Positions 21,959 to 35,278 of a DNA stretch of 64,000 bases are shown here, in pieces; the first letter of the stretch is position 1, and each line of letters starts with the position of its first letter. Made by a program: the position numbers and the translations under genes. This stretch comes from Podarcis vaucheri (Eukaryota). The stretch lies in assembly GCA_965113315.1 (NCBI GenBank), contig OZ220372.1; one strand, written 5' to 3'. Below the pieces are notes generated by a model. The model saw nothing but the letters and a program-made list of their open reading frames with translations. It did not search any database and was not told the DNA's origin.

Positions 21959-23635
21959 CATTCTCAGCCCCCTTAACAAACTACAGCTCCCATACTTCTG
22001 TGGGAGAGGCTATGGCTGTTTAAAGTGGTGTCTTAGTGATATAAATGTGCCCTATATCAGCCAAGAGAAGTTGGAAAGCCACAGGTTCTGCAGCCCAGGA
22101 CTAGAGGATTGTTCCTCTTGTGTTTTATCTCTCTGTAGAGATCTATCCTTCCCCCTCCACCCATTTCCTTCCCAAGGGGGGTTCCCTAGCTGGTGCCTCC
22201 CCCTCCACTCCTCTGCATCCAGCCATTCCATGACAGCTCACTAGTAGAAACAACTTACTCATCCCCTTTTATTTCACAGTTCCCAGCATATCCACTTGGC
22301 AACCCAACTTGAATCCACAGAGTTGAAGCTGCGTGTCTATTGCTTTACAGATGGCTAGAAGGCAGATCTCTTCTGATTGTAAGGAGCTTACAATCTAAAA
22401 TTCAGTTCAGGGGAAGGAAGTATAGACTGGGTAAACAGGGAAGCAGTATTTGGTTGTTTTACTCAGAGCAGATTAATTTGTGAAAATGAATGGGCCTAAT
22501 TTAGTCATGTGCATCAATTTGAATAGGTCTACTCTTAAGTAAAACCAACTTTGGATACAACCAAGGCTGGATTAAAGTGGTTGGGGGCCCTGATGCGGTT
22601 CCCAAAACAGGGGCCCCCTCCCCCCCCCAAAAAGGAACACATGAAATAAGTTATCACAGAAATAGTCTTCTGGTTTCTTAAAGACTACCACTTTTATACC
22701 AGCATAAAATTTCATGGAAAAAATGAAAACAAGCCCCTGAGCACTCCCAGCAAACTGCAGATGGATATTTTTCTTTTGTTGTCAATATTGTTAAACAGAA
22801 AGAAAATACTCTGAGCGTGTGCACTTAATGCATTGCTGTTTCCGTTCACTTCCTACCTTGGGCCAGTGACCAACTTTCAGCCTAACTCACCTCACCTGGC
22901 TGTTGTGATGACACTCAGCCATGAATCATGGTTCTTGACTTCTCTCTCTTCCCCTCTTCCTCCCAACTTGCTTTTTTTTTCTTCCCATAAGCAACTTTTG
23001 AAAGACAAGTAAGAACTATGCAGTAAAGTACAATGACTCAAGAGTTGGTCCTGTTACGTTCTGGAATCTCTGTTTTGTAATCTAGCAGAGAGGTCTACTT
23101 TGGGCTCTTGCACTTACATTCAGACACATCACCCATTGCAGTAGCTTTGCCTTGATGTTTCCATTCTGCCTTCTATTCATTGCATTGCAAATTTGAGGGT
23201 TATTTCTTTGCTCGGTTCTTTGATGCATGACCAAATTAGGACTGTTGCCTACAGCTCATGGAGGCGTTTCTCTTAATGGAGGCTTATGAGTAACAGAATC
23301 AAGGATGTCACTCTTCAGAAAGACTCAGCTCTTCCCATGTGAGTAACAAAGAGGAGGGCTTTGAGTCATCACCCCTTTCAGCAGTTCACTGTGTCAATCA
23401 TCCAGAGCTCCAGCATGCCTCCAGGTAACCATTATGATTGACAGGTAGGAAAAGGATTGCTGATGGGCCTGTTTATTTTTAGAGCAATTGTGACAGCAAG
23501 AAGATTGGGAGAGAGAGAGAGAGAAAGAGGGAGAGAGAGGAAGGCACCAGTATATGGATCTCGGAGCTCATACGAAAAGTGAAATTGTTCTCCGCAAACT
23601 TTTCTGTACAGGAGTGCATAAGGATGGACATAATA

Positions 23636-23882
23636 ATGTAAGAACATGAGATGAGCCTGCTGGATCAGGCCAGTGGTGGATCTAGTCCAGCATCTTGTTT
23701 ACACAATGGCCAACCAGATGCCTGTGAGAAGCCCACAAGCAGGATTGGAGCACAAAACACTCTCCCCCCCCCCTGTGGTTTCCACAAATTGGTATTCAGA
23801 ATCATCTCAGCCTCCAACTGTGGAGGCAGAGCCCAGCGCTGATGGCTAGCAGCTCTCTCCTCCATAAATTTGTCTAATCCCT
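23636..23882 (-). mobile_element. CR1 (second family) 3' UTR
   Basis: AAGAACAT tail and CCTGCTGGATCAGGCC...TCTAGTCCAGCATC. Related pieces lie at about 9290-9400, 33775-33960 and 34670-34745. Confidence 0.75.
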
Positions 23883-24012
23883 CACAGCTGCTGAGGACAG
23901 ACCCAACAAGAGCCACAAGCTCAACAAACAAATCAACCAGCCCAACTGGAGCAGGAGCTAGCCTCAGTTGGTACTTCCCACAGGGGCAAGTTCCTATAAG
24001 TTGTCTCACTTA

Positions 24013-24267
24013 GAGAGCCAGAATGGTGTAGTGGTTAAGAGCAGTAGACTCGTAATCTGGTGAACCGGGTTCACGTCTCTGCTCCTCCACATGCAGCTGC
24101 TGGGTGACCTTGGGCCAGTCACACTTCTGTGAAGTCTCTCAGCCCCACTCACCTCACAGAGTGTTTGTTGTGGGGGAGGAAGGGAAAGGAGAATGTTAGC
24201 CGCTTTGAGATTCCTTAGGGTAGTGATAAAGCGGGATATCAAATCCAAACTCTTCGTCTTCTTCTTC
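24013..24267 (+). mobile_element. Squam3-type SINE
   Basis: Full-length homolog of 1851-2100 with a (CTT)n tail. Confidence 0.88.
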
Positions 24268-25072
24268 ACTGTGGGTCAATAAGGGGACAGTCCGACTGAA
24301 ACAGGCACTGGTGTTCTCTTTGCTTCCCTCCCTCCCTTAGGGCCTGGATTGTTTTCTAAAATGTAGGGAATAAAAGGTCACTTTCCCATCATCACCATCT
24401 TCATTTTATTTGGTTCTAAAGTATGATTAACTTGGGAACCAGGCCCTTTTCCAGGGATCTTCTGATATACTGCAAACACTGCAAGAGCGATTAAAACTAA
24501 ACATGAAACTTCTAGAAGTTGAACTTTCGAAAAACAAATTAATTTCAAATGAAATGGGGGAAGGATCTGAGCTCGGCAGTACCAGAAACTCTCCCGCTCA
24601 ACAGCCATCAACTCTAAGAGTTTGGCATAATAAATCTTTGGGGACCAGCAAGAATATTTGTCGTGATTAATTGAAAAAAATAAGAACCCACTTAGTGCTA
24701 ATGGTTGTTGGGGAATAAAAATATGGAAATCAGTTGAAATGATGAAGCTATCAAATTGAGAAGGGTGAATACAGATAGAAACGTGTGGAGCATCAGGCAT
24801 TATTTCTTCATTAACAGAATGGGGAACCTAATGGCAGTGCTGACTCAGTCTCTTTGTTTTCTTTGTTTTAAATTGTTTTGCTTATATCAAGATGGTTGGC
24901 ATTTATTAAAACAAAACAACTGGAAATATATGTAGTTCTGTGCTTTTGCTTCAGGCATAGAGTCAAAGAGCTGGAGGCTGAAGGAGATCCAACAGCCTAG
25001 AGGCAGGTCTCTAGATGGTTGAATCTGTCCATTGCAATTCCTTTACATTTCTCATTTTTCGAAGCTTAAGTT

Positions 25073-25140
25073 CATAGAATCATAGAGTTGGAAGAGACCA
25101 CAAGGGCAATCGAGTCCAACCCCCTGCCAAGCAGGAAACA
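25073..25140 (-). mobile_element. CR1 extreme 3' end
   Basis: CATAGAATCATAGAGTTGGAAGAGACCACAAGGG is the reverse complement of the CR1 tail. Confidence 0.85.
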
Positions 25141-27580
25141 ATTAGCAAAATTTCCACATCTGTTATTTGTGAGCTTCCTTGATATAATGCGCTTTTGTAT
25201 ACGATTTAAACTGATATGATACATTTTTATGCACGCTTTCCACTAGTAAATGCATTCCGTCCCCCACCTTTTTCCATTGGGGAACTATATCCCAATATTC
25301 AGCGAAGTGTGAATTTCAAAGGTTTCACAATAACTGCATCAGACCTGAGGAAACCATTCCTTAGTGAAAGATTAGATGGAGGAAGTTAAAATCAGGTTCC
25401 TTACATTCGCAGTGGATTAAAAGACATCAGTTGCAATATTAGAAATGTACGCCCAATATTTCTGATCTGACAAAATGAATAAGAGGACACATTTGTTACT
25501 AATCTCACCAATGATTAGCTACTTGTTTCAATTTAGGAATAGCCTGGAGAAAGAGGGAGTCTGTAAAGTAGACATAATTCAAACAGAGATAAAACTGTTG
25601 AACTTTCTTCCCCCTGTTTCCTTGTCACTGTGACATTATATTGTTGACTGATAAGGTTTAAGTGATTACACTGGCAATGTAGAACTGAATTGGCACAGAT
25701 GCTAGCAGTCGTTTTGATTTCTCTGGTGAATTGAGACCTAAGCAGCACATCCAAGGCCATGACATTATATATTGTGTCTTGTTTTACGCTTATTCCCTGT
25801 TGTTGTGGGCTTTCAAGAGAGTAAAGAGGGTGTCTGTCTAGAAATGAGGTGGGTGTTATGTTTTAGGGGTGCAATGGTGACCATAATTCCTGTTAATCAT
25901 TTGTACTGAATTTGGTATAAACCAGAAAGTGATAGATGTGGTTGATCTTGTATCTTATCTTCAAAACTATTATCATTCTGATCTTAAACATCTTTTCCAC
26001 CAATCTTAAGTCCTAATTATTTCATTCGGACTTCCTAAAAAATATACAATTGCAGCCAGCGTTGATTAAGGCTGATTAAGGTTAGGAGTAAGGCTTAAAT
26101 TAACCAGACAACTCATACGAAGCTGTCAGTTGTGGAAGACCTAGTGGCCTGTTCTTTAATGGTGTGGTTTGCAGGAAAATGCGTAATCTCATGATACTAT
26201 AATGCTGTAAATATCTGACATACACCTTTGCCATACTGCTTTCGACAGCTACTAAAAATATTTTTGGTTAGGCAAGCCTATCCAGCAGACGTGGAACTTT
26301 AGTGTGCATGTTTGTTTTAAAACTGTTGATTACTGTGTTAATTGCTTAACCAACACAAGATGTCAAGAAAAGGATTTGTTTTTTCATATGTGGTAGGATT
26401 TGAAAAAAACCGAAGGCTGAAAAATTGCACATAAGACTTTGTTTCCTGGCACAAAGTGAACTCTATCATCATTATTAGACAGTCCACATAGGCCCCATTT
26501 GCCTATGTCACAGCTTCCCCTAAAGAATTATGGGAGCTGTAATTTGTTAAGGGTGCTGGGGGTTGTGTGTAGACCCCTATTCTTCTCACAGAGCTATGAT
26601 TCCCAGCATTCCTCATGATGGTTAAACCACTCTGTCTCACCAGAGTGGGGGCCATGCACTCTTCAGGAGATGGATCAGCTGTGAAGTGTGGTTTGTATAC
26701 CTGTGTGTGACTGTCCTGTGTGCATTTTGTGTGCATTTTGTGTGCCCGAGAGAGTGTGTGTGGTGTGTCCACACTCATTTGTGACTATGCCCACTGCTGA
26801 CATTTGATCCTTGCAGAGTACACCCAAGGGTGATTGCATCTCCCAGACCAAAGAAAAGTGAGCAACCCCTGGTTTAAGTAAATCACATGTTACTCTGTAC
26901 CTGGACTGAAGAATGTCAGTGTGACTTGCTGATTATTATTTTCTTAATCTTAACCTTTTCACATTAATAAATTGAGCTAGATGAGTTCTTTTCTTTGGAC
27001 CATTCTTGAATTCCACAAGGACATTCTGTATTGAAATGCCAATATTTCTTTCCCTCTAATTATGACTGCCAGGTAATGTCATGGGTGAACCACAATGTTA
27101 CATTTAATGAGATGAAATATGACGCACACAGTTCACCACCAAGTCACATATTTCAGGAGCACATTATTAAGAAAAGGGAACTGGACAGGTTTTGGTTTAT
27201 TTTAAGGAACCAGAAAGTTTTTGACCTTAAACTGTATTTACTCAGTTAGAGTGGGAATAATTAGATATCCATATATGTATATAATTTAAAGCGATCTTAG
27301 GAATGTTGGAATCTCAGGCTACTGTTCTTTAAAACAACAAAGAGATGAAGTTGTTGCATCCTGATGACAGATCCTGCATTGAGCAAGAGGTTGAACAAGG
27401 ACTTCCGAAATCCCTTCCAGCTATATAATTGCATTTTTTGCATGGCAGTGTGGTCCATTATTATATGACTGTATTGCAATATTAAGCCTGAAATTCTATA
27501 CAGCACAGGTGGGGGATGTTTTTGGTATTCACCCTTGACCAACTGTGGGCTGTTTGCCCATGGTGGGCCAACTTACATAT

Positions 27581-28039
27581 TGTTACGGAAAAGGAGCAAT
27601 GCGGCAGCGAGCTGCAGCTGGCTGGAAAGCAAAACAGGAAGGGAAAGTTTGGGACTGTACCGTGGGAACAAAGGGACAATCTATTCACTGTGCTGAGCAC
27701 AAGATTTAGCTCAAAGTGTCATTTGACCTGTACAGGAAGTACAGGAGGTGGAGTTTGTCTCTCTGCTGTTGGAGTTTGAAGAGAGCAGACGCGTTTCTCT
27801 GTAATGCTGCAAAGACAGAAATAAAGGCATGTAAATACATTTCTGTCTATCTCTTTCCCCTCCCTGGGGGGAGCAGGGAGCAGGGAAGAGTGGTGTGTCC
27901 TTCTCACGTTGAGAAGAATCACCGATCGTGACCTAGCCTGGATCCTGCCGGGGAATGCAGACAGGGAGGTCAACCAGGAGATCAAGCCGGGTGCCTGGAG
28001 AGTGACCAGTTTCTCCTGATAAGGCTGGATTTTCTGACA
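27581..28039 (+). mobile_element. Solo LTR D1
   Basis: TGTTACG...CTGACA, perfect TSD CATAT (27576-27580 and 28040-28044), AATAAA near 27820. Confidence 0.9.
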
Positions 28040-28273
28040 CATATATCCTCATGCACATACAACATAGGCCCATACAGAACACACACCCATTTATCCTCTT
28101 TTCTGCTGAAGAAGGGTGAGAGCCAGGAGGGAAAGTTCCCAACACACTCCACAAGTACTCAGCAGATATGGAGCCCAATGGGGCCTTTCCCAATGGGAAG
28201 GGCCAGACAAATACATTTTGGCACCTAAGGCAGACACCAAAATGGAAGGAGATGATGGAAGGAGTGAGGGAAG

Positions 28274-28726
28274 TGTTGCGAATCAAGCCTTTATCAGGAG
28301 AAACTGGCCACTCTCCAGGCACCCGGCTTGATCTCCGGTTGACCTCCCTGTCTGCATTTCCCGGCAGGATACAGGCTAGGTCGCGATAGGCGATCCTTCT
28401 CAGCGTGAGAAGAACACACCACTCTTTCCTACAGCCCCCCCCCCCAGGCAGGGGAAAGAGATAGACAGAAACGTATTTACATGGCTTTATTTCTGTCTTT
28501 GCAGCGTTACAGAAAACACATCTGCTCTCTTCAAACTCCAACAGCCGAGAGAGTAACTCCTCCTGTACTTCCTGTACAGCTCATATTACACTCTGAGCTA
28601 ATTCCGGTGCTTCGCACTGTGAATAGACTGTCCCTCTGTTTCCCATGGAACAGTCCCAATATTCCCATTATGTTTTGCTTTCAAGATAGCAGCAGCTCGC
28701 GGCTGCATTGCTTCTATATCATAACA
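28274..28726 (-). mobile_element. Solo LTR D2 (same family as D1, inverted)
   Basis: TGTTGCG...ATAACA, perfect TSD GGAAG (28269-28273 and 28727-28731). Reverse-complement match to D1. Confidence 0.9.
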
Positions 28727-30225
28727 GGAAGATCTACATTAGGAAGAGATACTGACACTGGGTTTTGCTGTCCTGGTGAATCCTGCCTCCTGAGGTGGTC
28801 ACTTCACCTTGCCTCATGGGGGGGCTGACCCTGAATAAAGATTGACATCGGGATCTGCTGCCCCAGGGTTTCCTGCCGCCTGAGGCAGTGGCCTCTCCTT
28901 ACCTCATGTGGCAGCAGCTTTGCCAAGGGGGATGCTTGGCGTGTTCACTTGCCCCTTCCAAAAACAGCTGAGGGCTTCTTCTTTTTTAAGGGTTCCCTCT
29001 TCCAGGGCCAGTCATATTATCACTGCTGCCAGTGCTGCTACTGTTGCTCATAGGGGCAGAGAAAGGCAGGTTGGGGTGTTATTTCTCTTCCCCACTACCT
29101 CTGCTTCCACTGCCACAAAAATGGTAGGGGCTTGGTGGGTTGTCCAGAAAGGCTTAGCAGGACAGGGCCAGCCCACAAGCCAATGGTCTCCCCCACAAGA
29201 TATATAAATTTACTTGAGACTAAGCTCCATTCAGATAAACAAGGCTTCCAAGGAGATGTTCATTGGATTGTACTGTAAGAGAGTTAAACAGGTATGCATG
29301 TAGATAGATGAGAGGCAGGGGACCTTAGCCCAAATGCAGCCCCCCAAGCCTCTATGTCTGGCCCTCAGGACTCTCCCTAGGCCACACCCCTCCCTAACCA
29401 CACCCATCTACTGAGGCCACACCCCGCATACGCTCTGCTCAGTGTTTTTGTTTGGCTGGAATGTGTCATTGGGCTCTGATCATTCATCTTGCTTGTTTGG
29501 TTGGAGGGGTGGGTAAAAGGTTTTGGGTGTATGTAGACTTTTGCCTGAGTGTAATGTAGCCTTTTGTACAAAGGTAAGATCCCCACCCGTTGCTCCACCC
29601 ACTTTTGCATCTGGCCCCACCCACCACCAGCAGGCAGTCCTCAGAAACTTTGCGCTGGCAATAGTATAGATCTCAGGCTGGAAAGGAAAAAGTTTCCTAT
29701 CTCTAATATAGATCGCTCCCTGGAACCAAGCAAAATGCTCTCCAAAGGACATTTGCCATTTGGAAAAGGGAGTTCAGGGCGACATGAATTACAGTCACTG
29801 TTTTCCTGCTGACCTGCCAACATTTCTGATGAATGTCTCGGAAGAATACTATGCGATATGAAAGCTTTTTCAAGGAGTGTGTTCTGTGGCAACTTTTTGA
29901 CATCACACTGAGAACTCCACAGGAGATCCTCTTCAGGCCAAACTGAGAAAGGTGCATTTCCACAGCTAATATAGCACTCTGAGACCCCTCAATGTTTTGG
30001 GACTTTGACAATAGAGATGACCCTTGTGCATTTATGGCTTTTTCCAGATTGTGGATTTTCTTATTATTTAATAAGGCTGCATATTTTTTCTTATTTCATG
30101 GCATTGCGATTTTATGTGCTGGTTGTCCATCAGGTTTAGCTTCTTGGTGCATTCTTATAGACGTTGCTGGGGAAATTTATCGTTCATACCTGTTACATTA
30201 ATAAAATTAGGCCTTAGATTGTTTT

Positions 30226-30516
30226 AAGAGCCAGTGCGGTGTAGTGGTTAAGAGCGGTAGTCTCGTAATCTGGGGAACCAAGTTCGCATCGCTGCTCCTC
30301 CACATGCAGCTGCTGGGTGACCTTGGGCCAGCCATACTTCTTTGAAGTCTCTCAGCCCCACTCACCTCACAGAGTGTTTGTTGTGGGGGAGGAAGGGAAA
30401 GGAGAATGTTAGCCGCTTTGAGACTCCTTAAAGGGAGTGAAAGGTGAGATATCAAATCCAAACTTCTCCTCCTCTTCTTCTTCTTCTTCTTCTTCTTCTT
30501 CTTCTTCTTCTTCTTC
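30226..30516 (+). mobile_element. Squam3-type SINE with long (CTT)n tail
   Basis: Homolog of the 1851 and 24013 copies. Confidence 0.88.
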
Positions 30517-33064
30517 AGGGTTTAGGTAACCCTGTGCAGGAGGTATTATCTTAACAAACCTCTGAAGGGTTCTCATACATTGCTTAACATTAGTTATAAA
30601 CATTAGTTATCACAGGAGCCATCTCTGGGGGGCCCTGAGTGCCTCAGGACCCACAACATTTCCACTGTGGATGCCTGGCTGGACGACCCAATGTGTCGTG
30701 CGTGTGACGACACACAGTGTCACATAGGTGCCATCTCCATGGGCCCGTGGGCAGAGACCTCCTCTGGAAGATGTGCCCTCTGTTGCCCCATCCCCACCGC
30801 TCCAGCAGTGACCAGGCCAAGGCCTCCACCGAGAGGCCTCCATTGAGGCCCTCCAAAGCTGCAGACACACACTGGAAGCCAGACATACAGCTGTGATTTC
30901 TGTGTGGCAGGACTAGATGAGCCTTTGGTTTCTTTCCACCTCTCTTGCAGGGTTGTGGAAAGAAGGAAGGAGCCATAATTTTACTTGTGAGCCTACAATT
31001 TGATATCTTTTTAAAACCACTGGAAAAAAGTTTGTTTGTGGACAGCTCTTTCAGTTTACGAATTCTGAAGTTGCCCCTCCATCAACAACAGTATCCTGTG
31101 CCGGCTTTGAAGAAGGAGCTCCTGTGAAGTCCTGGAAAGGGAGAGTTTCTCATATATTGTATATCACTTAAAGAAGGCTCCCATTGCATCAGTACAGGAA
31201 CAGCTGTGCAGGAACATCCAGGAACAGCAAGAATACCCCTTCCCCTTGCTTTGTAGTCTCCAAAAAGGCAACGTGAAAAGAGAGCCATTCTCATTATAGA
31301 AATGGTAAACAAAATGGGATCCCGTTACATGGTGTCATTTGTATTTGAGGGCCATTTCAGAAGATCGGTGAAGGTTCCTGAAAGCAACCTCCTTGGGGAA
31401 ATCAACTACAGAAATGACTGCAGCAGCAGCAACATTTGACATCAGGACTAATACTGCCAGGGAGATAAAGGAGAATTGTTGCCAAACTTCTATGGAGGAA
31501 AACCTAGTAGTTTATAAGAAACATGGGCTTTGTGGTAGAATTTTGTGGACTTGCTAGACTTGTTTGTCCTTGCTAGACTCTAGGCCTGAAACAAAATGTC
31601 ATATAAAATTAAGATTGAGAGAGAATTCCAGAATCAGTTCAAGTTTTTTTGAATGTGGAACATTTTTTAAAAAAAAGTTTTGAAATTTGAGTCTCCAAGC
31701 AGGCAAAGTTGATGAATTTCAGTACAAAGTGATGACCTTCCAGACTAATGTTCTTATTCAAACTTAGTTATCCAGCAACTTTTATGCATAAATGTTCCAG
31801 CATAGTTTTTGACTCAAAAATATAGTAAAGTACATTTATATTATTTTACTACAGTCGAGCAGAATATAAATTTTATGAAATGAAGAATAAATTGAAAATA
31901 TGCATTTTAGGAGGAAAATTCATTCAGACAGGTTTGCACTAAAATAGTGTAAAATAAATATTTAAAGGTGGATTTATTGGTGGGTATTTTGTTTTTATTT
32001 ATTTTATAAAACATATGTACCGCATGATTGTAAAATAAAAAAGAAGTATAAAGTTATTGGTAAAAACATTTAAATATTTTAAAAAAATAAAACTAGCAAC
32101 AAACTAAAAGAACACCAGCATTCTAGGTATCTGAGTAGGCTTGTCAAAACAAAAATGACCGCTCCCCGCTTAAAATGGGGGGCGCCCTTTGCGTGGACGC
32201 GTGCAGCCCCTAGATCTGGAGCGGCCCCAACAGCATAGGTTTGGCTTTGCCTTCCCACAGGTGGGATACCTGGAGGTCTCCGCCTACCTGACAAAAAGAG
32301 TATTATGAAGGTGCCTGCCTGATATAAATAGGTGATATCAGGTGATTTTATGGGTGATTTGTGCACAACAAAATCAACAAGGAAACATTTGCCAAGAATT
32401 AAGTAGGCTAGGACCAGACAGTTCTGTAAATTAGATTTTGATGCAACCCCAAGACATTATTGAGTATTTATCACCATTTTCTTTTGGTCTTCTTGTTATG
32501 GGTAAACTGGCTCAATTGCTAGAGACAAAAAAGCAGACCAAGAGCAGCAGCAGAACATCCAAGAAACAACTGCATAGAGAACTGGGTACCAATCATGTTT
32601 ATTGGTCATCTACCCAGAAGTTCCCAGAATTCCTGTAAGTCTTTGTATCAGTATTTGAGGAAGGCACCTGAGGTGGACCCCAAAATTGTGTCCTCCTACC
32701 CACTAGAGAAGAAGGGATGAGTGAAGATCCACATCAGGAACAAGGAGGGGAATAAAAAGCTACATCAAGATCTGCTGCCCCTGTGGAGTCCATCACCCGA
32801 GGCAGTCACCTCACCTTGCCTCATGGGTGGGCCGCCCCTGGCTGCCATTATATTAATGTTGAACTATGTCATCTTACATATACTATACAATGGGCATATT
32901 CCATGGGACATAAATGTCCATCCAGACCCGTTATTTTGCTAACCTGATATTAAATGCAATTCACAAATACAGAAACAGGATAGAACTGATTTATGAATGA
33001 ACATAGGTGAAACTGGGATGGGCCACATCCACACCACACATTTAAAGCACTATTATGCTACTTC

Positions 33065-33234
33065 AACAACAACAATAACACCACCACCAACAACAAGAAC
33101 AATTTATTATTTATATGCCGTCCATCTAACTGGGTTCCCCCAGCCATTCTGAGCAGTTTCCAACAAACTAAAACATTAAGCACAGTAAAACACCAAACAT
33201 TAAAAACTTCCCCGTACAGGGCTGTCTTCAGATG
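33065..33234 (-). mobile_element. L2 3' end inserted in a MITE
   Basis: Degenerate tail followed by CCCAGCCATTCTGAGCAGTTTCCAAC...GGCTGTCTTCAGATG. Confidence 0.7.
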
Positions 33235-33344
33235 TGCTTCCCCCAAGGAATCACGGGAACTGCTGTTTGTTAAGGTTGCTGAGGGTTGTTAGGAACCCCT
33301 ATTCCATTCCCTGAGCTCTCAAGAGTGGTTCATGTATGATAAGG

Positions 33345-33770
33345 TGTCAGGGAACTGCCATCAGAGGCACGGGAGAAGGAGAGGGTCTCGGATTCTGCAG
33401 TGCACTAGAGGGAGACTTAGCCGGGAAGAAGGGGAAGAGAATGAGTGTAACACCAGGGATCCAGGAGAGCAACGGGACAGGGAGGTGCAGGGGCTCCAGG
33501 ACTCTTCGTTGGAAGTTAGCGAGGAGAGCCCAAGCACCCCGCTGCCCACGCCCACCCTGCGCAGGAGACTCCCACGCAGTGAGAGGCGGAAACGATTGGG
33601 CGTCAAACAACTCTTATGTTGGCAACGCTTTAAGAAACACCCACAGTCAGATTCTACAAGTGACTAAGGGCAGCCACGCTACTATGGGCTGCGTAGTCCG
33701 GAGGGTTTAACCAGGCAATCCGATGCTCAAACGGAGCAGGATTACGCACGAGTAACTCCCAACCATTACA
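33345..33770 (+). mobile_element. Solo LTR E, CpG-rich (young)
   Basis: TGTCAGG...ATTACA, 426 bp, perfect TSD TAAGG (33340-33344 and 33771-33775). Confidence 0.9.
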
Positions 33771-34846
33771 TAAGGCTATCAGTGGCTACCAGCCAGGATG
33801 GCTCTGCTTTTGCCTCCATGGTCTGAGGCAGTGATGCTTCTGAACAGCAGTTGCTGGAAGCCACAGGGGTGAAGAATGCTCTTGTGCTTTCAGGCTTCCC
33901 TTGGGCACCACCTGTGATAACAGGATGGGCTGTTGGCCTCGTTCAGCAGGTTCTTCTTACTCTCTTCCTTCCTTGGACTGTGGGTTGGTTTTAAAACTTC
34001 TAAATCCGACATTCACTGCAAAGTTATGGGGTGGGAGAACCCCATAAAATGACAGTAAGTGCACCCTTCGCTTTTCACCCACATCCATAGCATAAAACAT
34101 GAAGCCATAGGATGTGATTGAATCAATTGCACATCCAGCCCACCGCACAACCTGGGTTTTAAGCAATACTAACAAAGAAAAAACCATATAGCATTGTTTG
34201 AGGGACCTATAATTAAAGAAGTGATTTAACTGCTTGTTTGTCTGATTTGGCAAATGGCAGATTTTCTTTTTCTTTTTCTTTTGAGCTACCGAAGCTGTAA
34301 TTACACTGCATCAGGAACTGTACATTCGATAATATTCTGTTGTGCATGCATATGACTGACTGTAACACTTAACTTTTCTAAAAGAATAATAGCAAAAAGA
34401 CCAAGGAGGTACAGAAACAATGTGCAGTTCCGCAGTCTCCCCAAACTCTTCATTTAGCTGTCTATGTAAACATGCCAAGTTGCCATAGTAACTGCCACAT
34501 CAGGATACTACTTTTTTTTTTGTACCTCTGAGATACAGAACACTTCCTTTGCCAAAAAACAAAGAAAAATGGGATGATGAAACACCAGCATTTTGTACAA
34601 TTTAAGAACATGATGGGCTTTTGAAAGCATATATGAGAAGAAGGCAGGAAATGACCCTATAGCCTTGTTTAAAACATGCAGATTAGCCTGTTGGATCAAA
34701 CCAATGGCCTATCTGGTGCAGCAGTCTGTTCTCATGGTGGCTGTCCAGCCTCTTCATGTGCATCATCTTCTGCTGTGTTGGGTTTCAATATTAAATGGAA
34801 AGCAGCAGATAATTTGCCACAATGCTGCTTCATCAGCATTACCTAG

Positions 34847-35278
34847 TGTGACGTTCATGCAGAGCCCTTGGTCGTCTCACGGACTATTGACATGTACACC
34901 ACTAATCCGCTGCCACCAACCATGTCCTCCCTGGTAAATCACTTAGTCTCAGTCAGGTTCTTAAGTGAACAATGAAGATTGTAGTTTATTGCAAACACAA
35001 ATAAACTTTAAATGCATTCGAAACGCTGTTACCCTTTACCCTCTTAGTCTTATTTTATTCTGTCTCTAACTCTTCTACCTCCCCTCAGACAAGAACCAAC
35101 TGCACTGTCTATTTCCATCTGTCTGCCAACTGCTTTCCCAACTGTCTTTTCCCAACCAACTAACTAAACCTCGGGCTATAAACAGGTAGGCTGCACCTCT
35201 GGCTTTTCTATTGGTCTACCTATTAACCCTTTCTCTCCCCCTGTACAGACATTTTCAAACAAACAGGCAAACGCCACA
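34847..35278 (-). mobile_element. Solo LTR G
   Basis: TGTGACG...CGCCACA termini, TSD CCTAG/CCTCG, TTTATT near 34985 and ATTGG near 35209 in minus-strand LTR order. Confidence 0.75.

Noticed and set aside
27581-28726. Single DNA transposon with 450-bp TIRs
   Set aside because: Each arm has its own TG...CA ends and its own distinct 5-bp TSD.
29703-31312. Exon-like stretches near 29810-29940 and 31090-31310
   Set aside because: No recognisable homology and stops in most frames; cannot be supported without RNA or homology data.
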